Assembly: GCF_988243305.1 (NCBI RefSeq)
Contig: NZ_OZ547136.1
DNA: 64,000 nucleotides
Direction: 5' to 3' (one strand)
The number at the start of each line of letters is the position of its first letter. Position 1 is the first letter of the stretch. Shown piece by piece: positions 36,855 to 47,015 of this stretch. A program made the position numbers and the translations under genes. The notes beneath the pieces were generated by a model. It saw only the letters and a list, made by a program, of their open reading frames with translations. It ran no database searches and was not told where the DNA came from.

Positions 36855-38105
36855 TCAAGCTAAACCAATAAAGAACCCGGCAATGGTCGCGCTCATCAGG
36901 TTGGAAAGCGTTGCTGCTGCCAGCGCCCTTAAACCAAGCTGAGCGATTTCCGGAGCACGTTTTGGCGAAATAGCCGAAAATGCCCCAACGACAACACCGA
37001 TAGAACCAAAGTTAGCAAAACCACAAAGCGCAAAGGAGATAATCGCAATGGTTTTCACTTCCAGCGTGCCGCCCGTTTGCAGGTATGGGGAGAAACTCAG
37101 GTAAGCGACGAATTCGTTAATCGCCAGTTTCTGCCCAATCAGGCTACCCGCAAGGTTGGCATCACTCCAGTCCACACCCATGATCCACGCCAGCGGTGCC
37201 AGCACATAGCCAAAAATACTTTCCAGAGAGGCATTGGCGAAACCAAACCAGCCGCCAATTCCGCCGATAATGCCGTTGATCAGCGCAATAATTGCGACAA
37301 ACGCCATTACCACCGTCGCTACACCAGCGGCGATTTTCAGCCCGGTCATCGCACCGCTCGCCGCCGCTTCGATAAAGCTTTTTGGCGGCGTTTCGCTGAA
37401 CGACAGATTTTCAAATGTCACCTGCGAAGGCTCGGTGGCTGGGCTAAGAATACGTGCAAACAAAATACCACCAGGGATCGCCATCAGCGATGCCGCTAAC
37501 AGGTAGTCAATTGGTACGCCCATTCCGGCATAACCAATCATCATCGAACCAGCAATGGACGCCATCCCGCTACAAATTGCGGTAAACAACTCGTTGCGAT
37601 TCATGCGATCGATAAACGGTTTAACGATCGCAGGGATCTCATTTTGCCCGAGGAAAATAGTGGTAACCGCAACAAAAGATTCGATTTTGCTGATGTTGAG
37701 GGCTTTCTGGAAAATGCTGCCAAGGATGCGGATTAGCAGCCCCATCACGCCAATGTAGTACAGCAGGCTGATGAGCGCAGTGACGAAGATAATCGCCGGG
37801 AGTACGCGAAAGGCGAAGATAAAGCCCGCGCCATCAAACAGGACATCCATTTTCGGCCCGACCAATGAACCAAAAATAAAGGCACTACCGGCATCACTGT
37901 AAGACATCACTTTATGAACGCCTAATGCCGCCTGCTCTACCGCCCATTTTCCTGGTGGAAAATAGAGCATGATGCCGCCAATGGCGATTTGTAGCAGCAG
38001 CGCGGCTCCAACCGTGCGCAAACTGATGCTCTTTTTATTCACTGACAACAAAAATGCTATTGCCAGTAACACCACCATCCCCACAACACTTCTCATTATA
38101 TCCAT
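36855..38105 (-). CDS. psuT: Putative pseudouridine/nucleoside transporter (CNT family)
   Basis: 416-aa product MDIMRSVVGMVVLLAIAFLLSVNKK...; paralogue of nupX. Confidence 0.9.
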   Translation of the reverse strand: MDIMRSVVGMVVLLAIAFLLSVNKKSISLRTVGAALLLQIAIGGIMLYFPPGKWAVEQAALGVHKVMSYSDAGSAFIFGSLVGPKMDVLFDGAGFIFAFRVLPAIIFVTALISLLYYIGVMGLLIRILGSIFQKALNISKIESFVAVTTIFLGQNEIPAIVKPFIDRMNRNELFTAICSGMASIAGSMMIGYAGMGVPIDYLLAASLMAIPGGILFARILSPATEPSQVTFENLSFSETPPKSFIEAAASGAMTGLKIAAGVATVVMAFVAIIALINGIIGGIGGWFGFANASLESIFGYVLAPLAWIMGVDWSDANLAGSLIGQKLAINEFVAYLSFSPYLQTGGTLEVKTIAIISFALCGFANFGSIGVVVGAFSAISPKRAPEIAQLGLRALAAATLSNLMSATIAGFFIGLA

Positions 38106-38198
38106 AATGATTTTCCCTTCATGCCAGTAAACCCGGCGTCAGCGCCAGGTTTTGGTATGTATGATCAGTACGGGCGACGGCTTTCTGCCCGTCAGAAA

Positions 38199-39137
38199 TT
38201 AACCCGCGAGACGCTGGTATTCTTTGGCAATTTCACTCGCCAGAATGGCGTTGTTGAACACCAGTTGGATGTTGGATTTCAGGCTGTCACCGCCAGTCAG
38301 TTCAGCAACACGAGCCAGCAGGAACGGTGTGCTTTCTTTACCAATAACGCCCTGCTCTTCGGCTTCGGCAACGGCTTGATCTATGGCTGCATTGATAGAT
38401 TCCTCCGGCATCGCAAACTGTTCCGGGATCGGATTTGCCACCACCAGGCCACCGTTCAGCCCGCTTTGCCATTTCACCGCCATTGCATGGGCAATTTCAC
38501 TGGCGCTGTCGAGACGAATACTGACGTCAAACGGGCTGGTACGGCAGAAAAACGCAGGCAGCGCTTTGGTCTGATAGCCAATTAACGGCACACCGAAGGT
38601 TTCTAAATACTCAGTGGTTAATCCTAAATCGAGAATAGATTTCGCCCCGGCACAAACAACGGTGACATTAGTATTTGCCAGTTCTTGCAAATCGGCAGAA
38701 ATATCGAAGGTATGTTCCGCCCCGCGATGCACACCACCAATTCCCCCTGTGGCAAATACTTTAATTCCGGCAAGCGCCGCAATAATCATCGTTGAAGCAA
38801 CGGTAGTTGCGCCATTTTTTCCGGCGGCAACAACAAAAGGTAAATCGCGACGACTAACTTTGGTCACGTTATGCCCTTCACGACCCAGCAATTCAATTTC
38901 TTCTTTGCTTAAACCCACTTTCATCACGCCGCCAATAATGGCGATAGTGGCAGGTACAGCGCCCTGTTTACGAATAGTTTCTTCAACTTCAATTGCGGTC
39001 TGGGCATTTTGTGGGAACGGCATCCCGTGAGAAATAATGGTCGATTCCAGCGCCACAACCGGTTTTTTGTTTTTTAAAGCGTCCTGCACTTCCGGGGAAA
39101 TTTGTAATAATTCAGGGGAAATTTTTAATTCAGACAT
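38199..39137 (-). CDS. psuG: Pseudouridine-5-prime-phosphate glycosidase
   Basis: 312-aa product MSELKISPELLQISPEVQDALKNKKPVVALESTIISHGMPFPQN... Confidence 0.95.
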   Translation of the reverse strand: MSELKISPELLQISPEVQDALKNKKPVVALESTIISHGMPFPQNAQTAIEVEETIRKQGAVPATIAIIGGVMKVGLSKEEIELLGREGHNVTKVSRRDLPFVVAAGKNGATTVASTMIIAALAGIKVFATGGIGGVHRGAEHTFDISADLQELANTNVTVVCAGAKSILDLGLTTEYLETFGVPLIGYQTKALPAFFCRTSPFDVSIRLDSASEIAHAMAVKWQSGLNGGLVVANPIPEQFAMPEESINAAIDQAVAEAEEQGVIGKESTPFLLARVAELTGGDSLKSNIQLVFNNAILASEIAKEYQRLAG

Positions 39138-40066
39138 TCTGCGTTCTCCACTAACGATATAACGTTGGCAATCGATAAATCGGGGTTATTGGTGTATTCA
39201 CAGGAGAGCGCCATTGACGAACATCCCTGTGCGAAACGAACAGATTCGGCAAACGGCATTCCGTCTACCCAACACGAAGCAAGCCCCGCCATCATGGCAT
39301 CGCCCGCTCCGGTAACATTAATAACATTGGTTTTGATCGGCGCAGACCAGCCACTTTCACCGCTGATATCACTGTAATAAACGCCATCGCCGCCCATGCT
39401 CAATACCAGTCGGTTCAGGCCATGTTGATGGAACCAGGCAGCAACTTTTGCCACATCTTCACGCCCTGACAGCGCAATCCCACTCAGGGTTTCCGCTTCA
39501 AGGCGGTTTGGCTTGAGAGTGTGGATTTGATTTAGACGGTCGCGCACTTTGACACATTTCCATGCGGAAACCGGATCGACAAATACGGGTACGTTGGCGG
39601 CATTATCCAGAATCCATGCCAGTGCCTCTTCACTGATATTACAGTCTGCGACAATGACCTTTGCCCTCTGAATAAATTCACGGTGCTGTGCGAGATATTC
39701 AGCTGTAATAGCGTTGCTAATATTCATGTCATTTATAGCAACCAGCATTTCACCGGTATTATCGAGTAATGATAAATAGCTTGACGTATTTTCTCCCGGC
39801 ACAATCAGGCATTTATCGACATAAACGCCAGATTGATTGGTTTGCGTTAGCAGCGATTGACCATAAAAATCACTGCCTACGGCGCTCAGTAGCCAGGCTT
39901 TGTTCTCCAGCAACGCCAGGTTTTGTGCAATATTGCGCCCGACTCCACCAGGCGTAAATTTTATTTTACCTGGATTTGAATCCGCATAATTTAATGATTC
40001 ATGTGAATATCCGGCGACATCAATATTCGCCGAACCTATAATTACGACATAATCCTTTTCGCGCAT
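39125..40066 (-). CDS. psuK: Pseudouridine kinase (PfkB family)
   Basis: 313-aa product MREKDYVVIIGSANIDVAGYS...; 13-nt overlap with psuG. Confidence 0.95.
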   Translation of the reverse strand: MREKDYVVIIGSANIDVAGYSHESLNYADSNPGKIKFTPGGVGRNIAQNLALLENKAWLLSAVGSDFYGQSLLTQTNQSGVYVDKCLIVPGENTSSYLSLLDNTGEMLVAINDMNISNAITAEYLAQHREFIQRAKVIVADCNISEEALAWILDNAANVPVFVDPVSAWKCVKVRDRLNQIHTLKPNRLEAETLSGIALSGREDVAKVAAWFHQHGLNRLVLSMGGDGVYYSDISGESGWSAPIKTNVINVTGAGDAMMAGLASCWVDGMPFAESVRFAQGCSSMALSCEYTNNPDLSIANVISLVENAECLN

Positions 40067-40305
40067 AGCACGTCCTCTGGTAAAAAATTACCACCCCTGT
40101 CAATCCACAAGAATATTGATACTGCAAAGACGGTTTAAACATGTGTTCATATTTAAACATGTGCTCATAGTATGCATGTTTTACGTAAAGTAAATTACCG
40201 CCAGAGAGGCAAAATGGGCAGATTTGAGCAGGCTCACAAAACGCGATTAAATGCCTGAATTATAAAAACGGGGAATTTGTGACGGGATGCACAGAACAGG
40301 AACAA

Positions 40306-40333
40306 TAAAAAAGGGCAGAAATTAATCTGCCCT
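40306..40333 (-). terminator. Intrinsic terminator downstream of fruA (fruBKA operon end)
   Basis: agggcagaaattaatctgccct hairpin followed by a T6 run on the minus strand; a second hairpin acagggcaggaaatttctgccctgt lies at about 40452-40476. Confidence 0.6.
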
Positions 40334-40489
40334 TGAGGAAATAACCTTAGTGTTTGATGAAGGTTTCAGGTTTCTACTAAAAGATAAAACCATTTAAATT
40401 CATAAAATTACATTCACAAACCGGTCATTCTCTTTGCGCGCATCAAATGTTACAGGGCAGGAAATTTCTGCCCTGTAACACACCTTTTA

Positions 40490-42181
40490 TTACGCTGCTT
40501 TCGCTACTGCGTCCACTTCCGGACGTTTCAGGAAGGCATAGGCCAGACCCGCCACCAGCGTACCGGCAATAATGGCTACCAGGTAACCCAATACCGGCGT
40601 AATCGCGCCAGGGATCAGCAGAACAAACAGACCACCGTGCGGTGCCATCAGTTTCGCACCAATCGCCATTGAGATTGCGCCAGTCAGCGCCCCACCCACG
40701 ATACAGCACGGCAGCACACGCATCGGATCACGGGCAGCAAACGGAATTGCACCTTCCGAAATAAAGCACAGTCCCAGTACCAGAGCGGCTTTGCCCCCTT
40801 CCTGCTGCGCTTTGTCGAATTTGCGACGCGCCACCATTGTTGCCAGGCCCATTGCCAGCGGTGGCACCATACCTGCCGCCATAATCGCCGCCATCGGGCC
40901 ATAGGTTTGAGTACTCAGCAGACCCACACCGAACGCGTACGCTGCTTTGTTTACCGGACCGCCCATGTCAGTACACATCATGCCACCGAGGATCGCCCCC
41001 AGCAGAACCGCATTCGCAGTCCCCATGGTCTGCAGCCAGTGAGTCAACCCTTCGAGAATGCCAGCAACCGGTTTACCGATCAGATAGATCATCGCCAGAC
41101 CGACCACCAGACTGGAAATTAGCGGAATGATCAGAATCGGTTTCAGCGCCTCCATACTCTGCGGCAGTTTCAATTGCGTACTGATTAACTTCGCAATGTA
41201 ACCAGCCAGGAAGCCCGCAATAATACCGCCAATGAAGCCAGAACCGGTGCTGACCGCCAGCATACCGCCAATCAGACCCGGCGTGAGACCCGGACGATCG
41301 GCAATGGAAAAGGCAATATAACCTGCCAGTACCGGCACCATCAACGCAAAGGCTGAACCACCACCAATCTGCATCAGCGCCGCAGCCAACGTACCCGGCT
41401 CTTTAAACGCTTCGATACCAAAAGCAAAAGAAAGCGCGATACACAGACCACCTGCAACGACCATCGGCAGCATGTAAGAGACGCCCGTCAGCAAGTGACG
41501 GTAAGCGCCTGCACTCTCTTTCTTACCTTCAGTGGTCGCTGTTTGAGTTTTGCCCGCCGGTTCATACGGCGTTGCTTCAGCAACCGCTTTATCCAGTTCC
41601 TGCGCGGTTTTCTTCAGCGCCAGACCGGTAGAGGTGCGATACATCGGTTTACCAGCAAATTTCGCCAGATCCACTTCAATATCTGCCGCCACAATCACCA
41701 GATCCGCTGCGGCTACTTCTTCAGGGGTGATTGCATTACCCGCGCCAACCGAACCACGGGTTTCAACTTTCACCCACCAGCCACGTTTTTTCGCTTCGGT
41801 TTCAATGGCTTCAGCCGCCATAAAGGTGTGTGCTACGCCAGTCGGGCAAGCAGTCACCGCAACTACGCGTTTCGGACCGCTGGCGGCAACCGGTGCTGTC
41901 GCAGCGACCGGCGCAGTGTAAGGTTTCGCATGGCCTTTGGCTTCACTCAGGAACAGCTCAGGGTGCGCAACTGCCCGGGAAATATCGCCCAGCCAGACAT
42001 TTTTACCGTTCAGCGCGCTGTCGTTCGGGATGGAATCACCGAGAACAATCGCCATTTCAGCGTCGTTCGGATTGTCGATGATTTCCAGTTTTGCTTTTCG
42101 CGCCGCCGCGCCCAGCAGGGTCTTCGCCATATAGGCGCGTGCCTGACCGAGATTAGCGTCAATAATCAGCAGCGTTTTCAT
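40490..42181 (-). CDS. fruA: Fructose PTS enzyme IIB'BC
   Basis: 563-aa product MKTLLIIDANLGQARAYMAKTLLGAAARKAKLEII... Confidence 0.97.
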   Translation of the reverse strand: MKTLLIIDANLGQARAYMAKTLLGAAARKAKLEIIDNPNDAEMAIVLGDSIPNDSALNGKNVWLGDISRAVAHPELFLSEAKGHAKPYTAPVAATAPVAASGPKRVVAVTACPTGVAHTFMAAEAIETEAKKRGWWVKVETRGSVGAGNAITPEEVAAADLVIVAADIEVDLAKFAGKPMYRTSTGLALKKTAQELDKAVAEATPYEPAGKTQTATTEGKKESAGAYRHLLTGVSYMLPMVVAGGLCIALSFAFGIEAFKEPGTLAAALMQIGGGSAFALMVPVLAGYIAFSIADRPGLTPGLIGGMLAVSTGSGFIGGIIAGFLAGYIAKLISTQLKLPQSMEALKPILIIPLISSLVVGLAMIYLIGKPVAGILEGLTHWLQTMGTANAVLLGAILGGMMCTDMGGPVNKAAYAFGVGLLSTQTYGPMAAIMAAGMVPPLAMGLATMVARRKFDKAQQEGGKAALVLGLCFISEGAIPFAARDPMRVLPCCIVGGALTGAISMAIGAKLMAPHGGLFVLLIPGAITPVLGYLVAIIAGTLVAGLAYAFLKRPEVDAVAKAA

Positions 42182-42197
42182 TATGCCTCTCCTGCTG

Positions 42198-43136
42198 TCA
42201 GTTAAAAGGTTGTAAGTCGACGCGCGCCATCATTGCGGCCAACTGCGGACGATCGGTAATACCCACATTGCTTTGACTTACCGCCAGGGCTGCAACAGCT
42301 GTCGCCAGACGCAGTGTGTGTTCACTGGATTCACGCATCAGCAAGCCATAAATCAGGCCACCAACCATAGAATCCCCTGCGCCAACGGTGCTTACGACAT
42401 CGACTGACGGTGGTTTGGCGATCCATTCGCCGGAGGCATTAACCCAAAGCGCGCCTTCGGCACCCAGTGAAATAACGACATGCGCGATACCCTGTTCACG
42501 CAGCGCATGCGCAGCTTCAATCACATCTTTCATTTCAGGCAGTTTACGGCCCGCCCAGATTTCCAGCTCGCGGCGGTTAGGTTTCACCAGCCACGGTGCC
42601 GCTTTCAAACCTGCTACTAACGCTTCACGGCTACTATCAAAGATAATGCAAGGACACTGACTACGCAGGCGAGTCATCCAGTCGGTGAACGCTTCCGGGC
42701 TGACGCCTGACGGTAAGCTTCCGCTGACACAGACCATATCGAACTGACCGAGCCAGCTCAGAGAATCAGTCACAAAGCGTTCCCAGTCGGCGGGAGTGAC
42801 TTCAAAACCCGAGAAGTTGAAGTCGGTCACTTCGCCGTCTTTTTCCGTCAGCTTAACGTTAATTCGGGTGCGCCCCTGTACAACCTGGAAACGGTTGGCA
42901 ATGCCCAGCTCGCTGAACAGTTGCTGAAAACCATCCTGATTGTCTTTACCGAGGAAGCCGCCAACGGTGACATCAATTCCCAGGTCTTTTAATACTTTGG
43001 CCACGTTGATGCCTTTACCCGCCGCATGCAGACCGGTGGTTTTCACCAGGTTCACTTCGCCGCGTTCAATTTCCGGGCAGAAACCAACAAGGTCATAAGC
43101 CGGATTAAGGGTGATAGTAGCAACACGTCTGCTCAT
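42198..43136 (-). CDS. fruK: 1-phosphofructokinase
   Basis: 312-aa product [49 protein letters not shown]... Confidence 0.97.
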   Translation of the reverse strand: MSRRVATITLNPAYDLVGFCPEIERGEVNLVKTTGLHAAGKGINVAKVLKDLGIDVTVGGFLGKDNQDGFQQLFSELGIANRFQVVQGRTRINVKLTEKDGEVTDFNFSGFEVTPADWERFVTDSLSWLGQFDMVCVSGSLPSGVSPEAFTDWMTRLRSQCPCIIFDSSREALVAGLKAAPWLVKPNRRELEIWAGRKLPEMKDVIEAAHALREQGIAHVVISLGAEGALWVNASGEWIAKPPSVDVVSTVGAGDSMVGGLIYGLLMRESSEHTLRLATAVAALAVSQSNVGITDRPQLAAMMARVDLQPFN

Positions 43137-44266
43137 TATGCGCCCTCCCCAAGACCAGCAGCGATAGCGTCGCCAATGGCTTTCAGCGCCTGTTCAGCAT
43201 CTGCACCCTGGGCGGTAAAGCGTAGGCGATGACCTTTCTTAACGCCAAGTGCCACAACTTTCATCAGACTACGTCCGTTTGCCGGTTTGCCGGTGCCATC
43301 AAGGTTTGTCACGGTAATATCACTGTTAAATTGTTTAATGGTATTGACCAGCATGGTACCTGGACGAGCATGCAGGCCGTGTTCATTGCGCACCACAAAC
43401 TCCGCGCTTAACACGTCGTCGGTCGGCGCATCATCGCTGGTCAGCAGCGCCAGCAACGTTGCCGCATCCGCTTTCAGCAAGCGGTCAGCTTTATTGTCGA
43501 GTAACAAATCAGCGAGACGCTTAAGAACCGCAATGGGCTGATCGTCATTCATCGCCACACTCACCAGCATGGCTGCCGTTTCGCCGTCCACATCAAAAGC
43601 ATTTGCCGCACGGCTTACCGCAATCGCGCTACGCAGATTGCCTTCGGCGCTATCGCTCAGCCAGATACCCTGTCCGAGGTTCAGCGGTTGTTCATTGATA
43701 GCTTTGGTGACGAAAGTGGCGTCAACTGCCCCCGCCTCTTTCAGACGAGCAGCGTTCAGCGCCTGAAGAGTCAGCAGATCGCTGGCGACGATATCCAGCG
43801 TCAGCATTTCGTTGTCGAGCTTCAGCTGCTCACTCTGCTTTTCGCCCATCAGCAATGCGCGAAGTTCTTCTGCTGTTGTTGCTGACTTCAGTTGTTCAGC
43901 AACGGAATCATCGCTCAGTACGTGGGTCAGCTGGCGTAGCAGGCCCAGATGTTCATCCGAGCTGGCAGCAATACCGATCGCCACGTACGCTACCTGGCCG
44001 TCACCCCAGGTGACGCCTTCCGGGAACTGAAATACCTGAACGCCGGTTTTCAGCACCTGATCGCGGGTGTCGGTAGTGCCGTGTGGAATAGCAATACCAT
44101 TGCCGAGGAACGTAGAGGTTTGCTGTTCGCGCGCCAGCATGCCATTGACGTAGCCTTCAGCTACATTACCGGCCTGCACCAGCGCCGCAGCGACATGGCG
44201 AATCGCCTCTTCTTTGTCTCCGGCCTTTTCGCCCGGATGGATGTCCTGTACGGATAACTGGAACAT
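43136..44266 (-). CDS. fruB: Fructose PTS diphosphoryl transfer protein (FPr; EIIA-M-HPr fusion)
   Basis: 376-aa product [35 protein letters not shown]... Confidence 0.97.
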   Translation of the reverse strand: MFQLSVQDIHPGEKAGDKEEAIRHVAAALVQAGNVAEGYVNGMLAREQQTSTFLGNGIAIPHGTTDTRDQVLKTGVQVFQFPEGVTWGDGQVAYVAIGIAASSDEHLGLLRQLTHVLSDDSVAEQLKSATTAEELRALLMGEKQSEQLKLDNEMLTLDIVASDLLTLQALNAARLKEAGAVDATFVTKAINEQPLNLGQGIWLSDSAEGNLRSAIAVSRAANAFDVDGETAAMLVSVAMNDDQPIAVLKRLADLLLDNKADRLLKADAATLLALLTSDDAPTDDVLSAEFVVRNEHGLHARPGTMLVNTIKQFNSDITVTNLDGTGKPANGRSLMKVVALGVKKGHRLRFTAQGADAEQALKAIGDAIAAGLGEGA

Positions 44267-44280
44267 AGTTCTCCTCTCTT

Positions 44281-44301
44281 GCTGAATTGAAACGATTCAG
44301 C
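44281..44301. promoter_or_regulatory. Cra (FruR) operator-like palindrome upstream of fruB
   Basis: gctgaattgaaacgattcagc, palindromic, matches the Cra half-site GCTGAA..TTCAGC. Confidence 0.6.
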
Positions 44302-44352
44302 TTCTATGAGAAAAAAAGCGCCAACCTGGCTTAGGGTTAAAGACAAGATCGC

Positions 44353-44368
44353 GCTGAAACGTTTCAAG
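44353..44368. promoter_or_regulatory. Cra (FruR) operator upstream of fruB
   Basis: gctgaaacgtttcaag matches the Cra consensus GCTGAAACGTTTCA. Confidence 0.7.
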
Positions 44369-44633
44369 AAAGCATAATACTTCTGTTTCAGCACGCAAGG
44401 AAAGCCGTAAAGTTATGAGCAAAAGTTTGATGTGCTGCACAATTTTTTGTCATTTTTCCTAATTGCTGATGGGAAAATCCGTTATCAGCAATTTCATTTC
44501 AGCAGCGTCAGCAGCCAATCAGCAACAGTGAAATGGCATTTTGATTATTCGTGGCGCTTTTGATTTCGCTGTCTGTTTATTTTCTGACAAGCAGCGTAAA
44601 CTCCGCGTCTTCCTCTTCCAGTGATCGACCAGC

Positions 44634-45815
44634 ATGCATAACTCCCCCGCAGTCTCCAGCGCGAAATCGTTTGACCTGACCTCGACGGCGTTTTTAATCG
44701 TTGCTTTTCTCACCGGTATTGCGGGCGCTCTGCAAACCCCGACACTCAGTATTTTTCTTACTGATGAAGTACATGCCCGCCCGGCGATGGTGGGATTCTT
44801 CTTTACCGGCAGCGCTGTCATTGGGATTCTGGTAAGTCAGTTTCTCGCCGGGCGCTCTGATAAGCGCGGCGATCGCAAATCGCTGATTGTCTTTTGCTGC
44901 CTGTTAGGCGTGCTGGCCTGCACTCTTTTTGCCTGGAATCGCAACTACTTTGTTTTGCTATTCGTTGGCGTCTTTCTTAGCAGCTTTGGCTCGACTGCTA
45001 ACCCGCAAATGTTTGCCCTCGCCCGTGAACATGCTGACAAAACCGGACGTGAAGCGGTGATGTTCAGCTCTTTTTTACGCGCTCAGGTTTCACTGGCATG
45101 GGTCATTGGCCCGCCGCTGGCTTATGCCTTAGCGATGGGTTTCAGCTTTACGGTAATGTATCTGAGCGCAGCGGTAGCGTTTATTGTTTGCGGCGTGATG
45201 GTGTGGCTGTTTTTACCGTCGATGCAAAAAGAACTTCCACTGGCGACCGGCACGGTTGAAGCGCCGCGCCGTAACCGTCGCGATACGCTGCTGCTGTTTG
45301 TCATTTGTACATTGATGTGGGGCTCGAACAGCCTGTACATCATCAACATGCCGCTATTTATTATCAACGAACTGCATCTTCCCGAGAAACTGGCCGGTGT
45401 GATGATGGGGACCGCCGCCGGGCTGGAAATCCCGACCATGTTGATTGCCGGATATTTCGCCAAACGTCTGGGTAAGCGTTTCTTAATGCGCGTTGCTGCC
45501 GTGGGTGGCGTCTGTTTTTACGCAGGAATGCTGATGGCGCATTCACCTGTCATTCTGTTGGGCTTGCAGCTGCTAAATGCTATTTTTATTGGCATTCTGG
45601 GTGGCATCGGGATGCTCTATTTTCAGGATTTGATGCCCGGTCAGGCAGGTTCAGCCACCACGCTCTATACCAACACTTCGCGCGTGGGCTGGATCATCGC
45701 AGGATCAGTGGCGGGCATCGTCGCCGAGATCTGGAATTATCACGCTGTGTTCTGGTTTGCGATGGTGATGATTATCGCCACTCTGTTTTGCTTACTACGG
45801 ATTAAAGATGTTTAA
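44634..45815 (+). CDS. setB: MFS sugar efflux transporter
   Basis: 393-aa product [36 protein letters not shown]... Confidence 0.9.
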   Translation: MHNSPAVSSAKSFDLTSTAFLIVAFLTGIAGALQTPTLSIFLTDEVHARPAMVGFFFTGSAVIGILVSQFLAGRSDKRGDRKSLIVFCCLLGVLACTLFAWNRNYFVLLFVGVFLSSFGSTANPQMFALAREHADKTGREAVMFSSFLRAQVSLAWVIGPPLAYALAMGFSFTVMYLSAAVAFIVCGVMVWLFLPSMQKELPLATGTVEAPRRNRRDTLLLFVICTLMWGSNSLYIINMPLFIINELHLPEKLAGVMMGTAAGLEIPTMLIAGYFAKRLGKRFLMRVAAVGGVCFYAGMLMAHSPVILLGLQLLNAIFIGILGGIGMLYFQDLMPGQAGSATTLYTNTSRVGWIIAGSVAGIVAEIWNYHAVFWFAMVMIIATLFCLLRIKDV

Positions 45816-46066
45816 GGCGCGGTCAGGATTTCCAGATCGATAAGCCAGGTCATCGCCTGCTGACGCGAGTTACCGCACATTTCAGCGCTGGCTTGTAAGC
45901 CTGCACAGACTTTCGGTCGCAGTGGCGAGGTGAAAATTTTACAGCGTTGCTGTTCATCAAGCTGAATGCAGGGCGTATTGGCGGGCTTGCCATCTGGCAT
46001 ACCGGGAATAGGGCTGGAAATTGAAGGGGCAGTGCAACACGCCCCGCAACCCGGACGGCATTCCAT
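45812..46066 (-). CDS. yeiW: Small cysteine-rich protein (UPF0153-like)
   Basis: 84-aa product [45 protein letters not shown]...; its stop codon overlaps the setB stop on the opposite strand. Confidence 0.8.
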
Positions 46067-46220
46067 ACGTTGTTCTCTTAAGGTTAACCACCGGATTGAT
46101 GAGCGCGCACAGTACCACCTTTTTTGCACCAGCAAAAGTGCGAATACCACTTGCCCGAAAGGCCCGTCGCGAGTACTTTGTCGCGATATTTTTGACATTT
46201 TCGACTACAGGAATTTTTCG

Positions 46221-46793
46221 ATGCCAAGAGCGAACGAAATTAAAAAAGGTATGGTACTGAATTACAACGGCAAACTGCTGCTGGTTAAGGATATTGATAT
46301 TCAGTCGCCCACTGCCCGCGGTGCCGCTACGCTGTACAAAATGCGTTTTTCTGATGTCCGTACCGGGCTGAAAGTAGAAGAGCGTTTCAAAGGAGATGAT
46401 ATCGTTGACACCGTGACGCTGACCCGCCGTTACGTTGACTTCTCCTATGTCGATGGCAACGAATATGTCTTTATGGATAAAGAAGACTATACCCCGTATA
46501 CCTTCACCAAAGATCAGATTGAAGAAGAGTTGCTGTTTATGCCAGAGGGCGGCATGCCGGACATGCAGGTGCTGACCTGGGACGGTCAACTGCTGGCGCT
46601 TGAGCTGCCGCAGACCGTTGATCTGGAAATCGTTGAAACCGCACCTGGCATCAAAGGGGCATCTGCCAGCGCCCGTAACAAACCGGCGACATTGAGCACT
46701 GGTCTGGTGATTCAGGTACCAGAATACTTAAGCCCGGGCGAAAAAATTCGTATCCATATCGAAGAACGCCGTTATATGGGTCGTGCTGACTAA
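46221..46793 (+). CDS. yeiP: Elongation factor P-like protein
   Basis: 190-aa product [30 protein letters not shown]... Confidence 0.95.
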
Positions 46794-46809
46794 CTTCAGC
46801 CGCATGCAG

Positions 46810-46838
46810 AAAAGGGATAGCTCAGGCTGTCCCTTTTT
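46810..46838 (+). terminator. Intrinsic terminator after yeiP
   Basis: aaagggatagctcaggctgtccctttttt hairpin plus T-run. Confidence 0.65.
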
Positions 46839-47015
46839 TAATTTATTATACCAATCTTCTATTTTGCGCTTCCTGAACACCTTACGTCCTCAATTTTCAC
46901 TCGTTGATTGATCGCCCTCACACTTCATCGCATTAACAATCCAGACCAATTTCAATTGCTGTCATATAACTTTACACTGTCATTGTTAATTAATCGTTAC
47001 TAAGACGTGACTCCT

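Noticed and set aside
33667-38105. nupX/psuT duplication as evidence of a transposon or genomic island
   Set aside because: No IS element, integrase, tRNA attachment site or flanking direct repeats; the flanking genes are conserved core genes in canonical order, consistent with an old chromosomal paralogy.
41495-42205. 236-aa plus-strand ORF within fruA
   Set aside because: Antisense to fruA; Arg/Phe-rich spurious translation.
45957-46589. 210-aa minus-strand ORF overlapping yeiW and yeiP
   Set aside because: Overlaps two well-supported genes on both strands and has no recognisable domain; the yeiP and yeiW frames explain the sequence.
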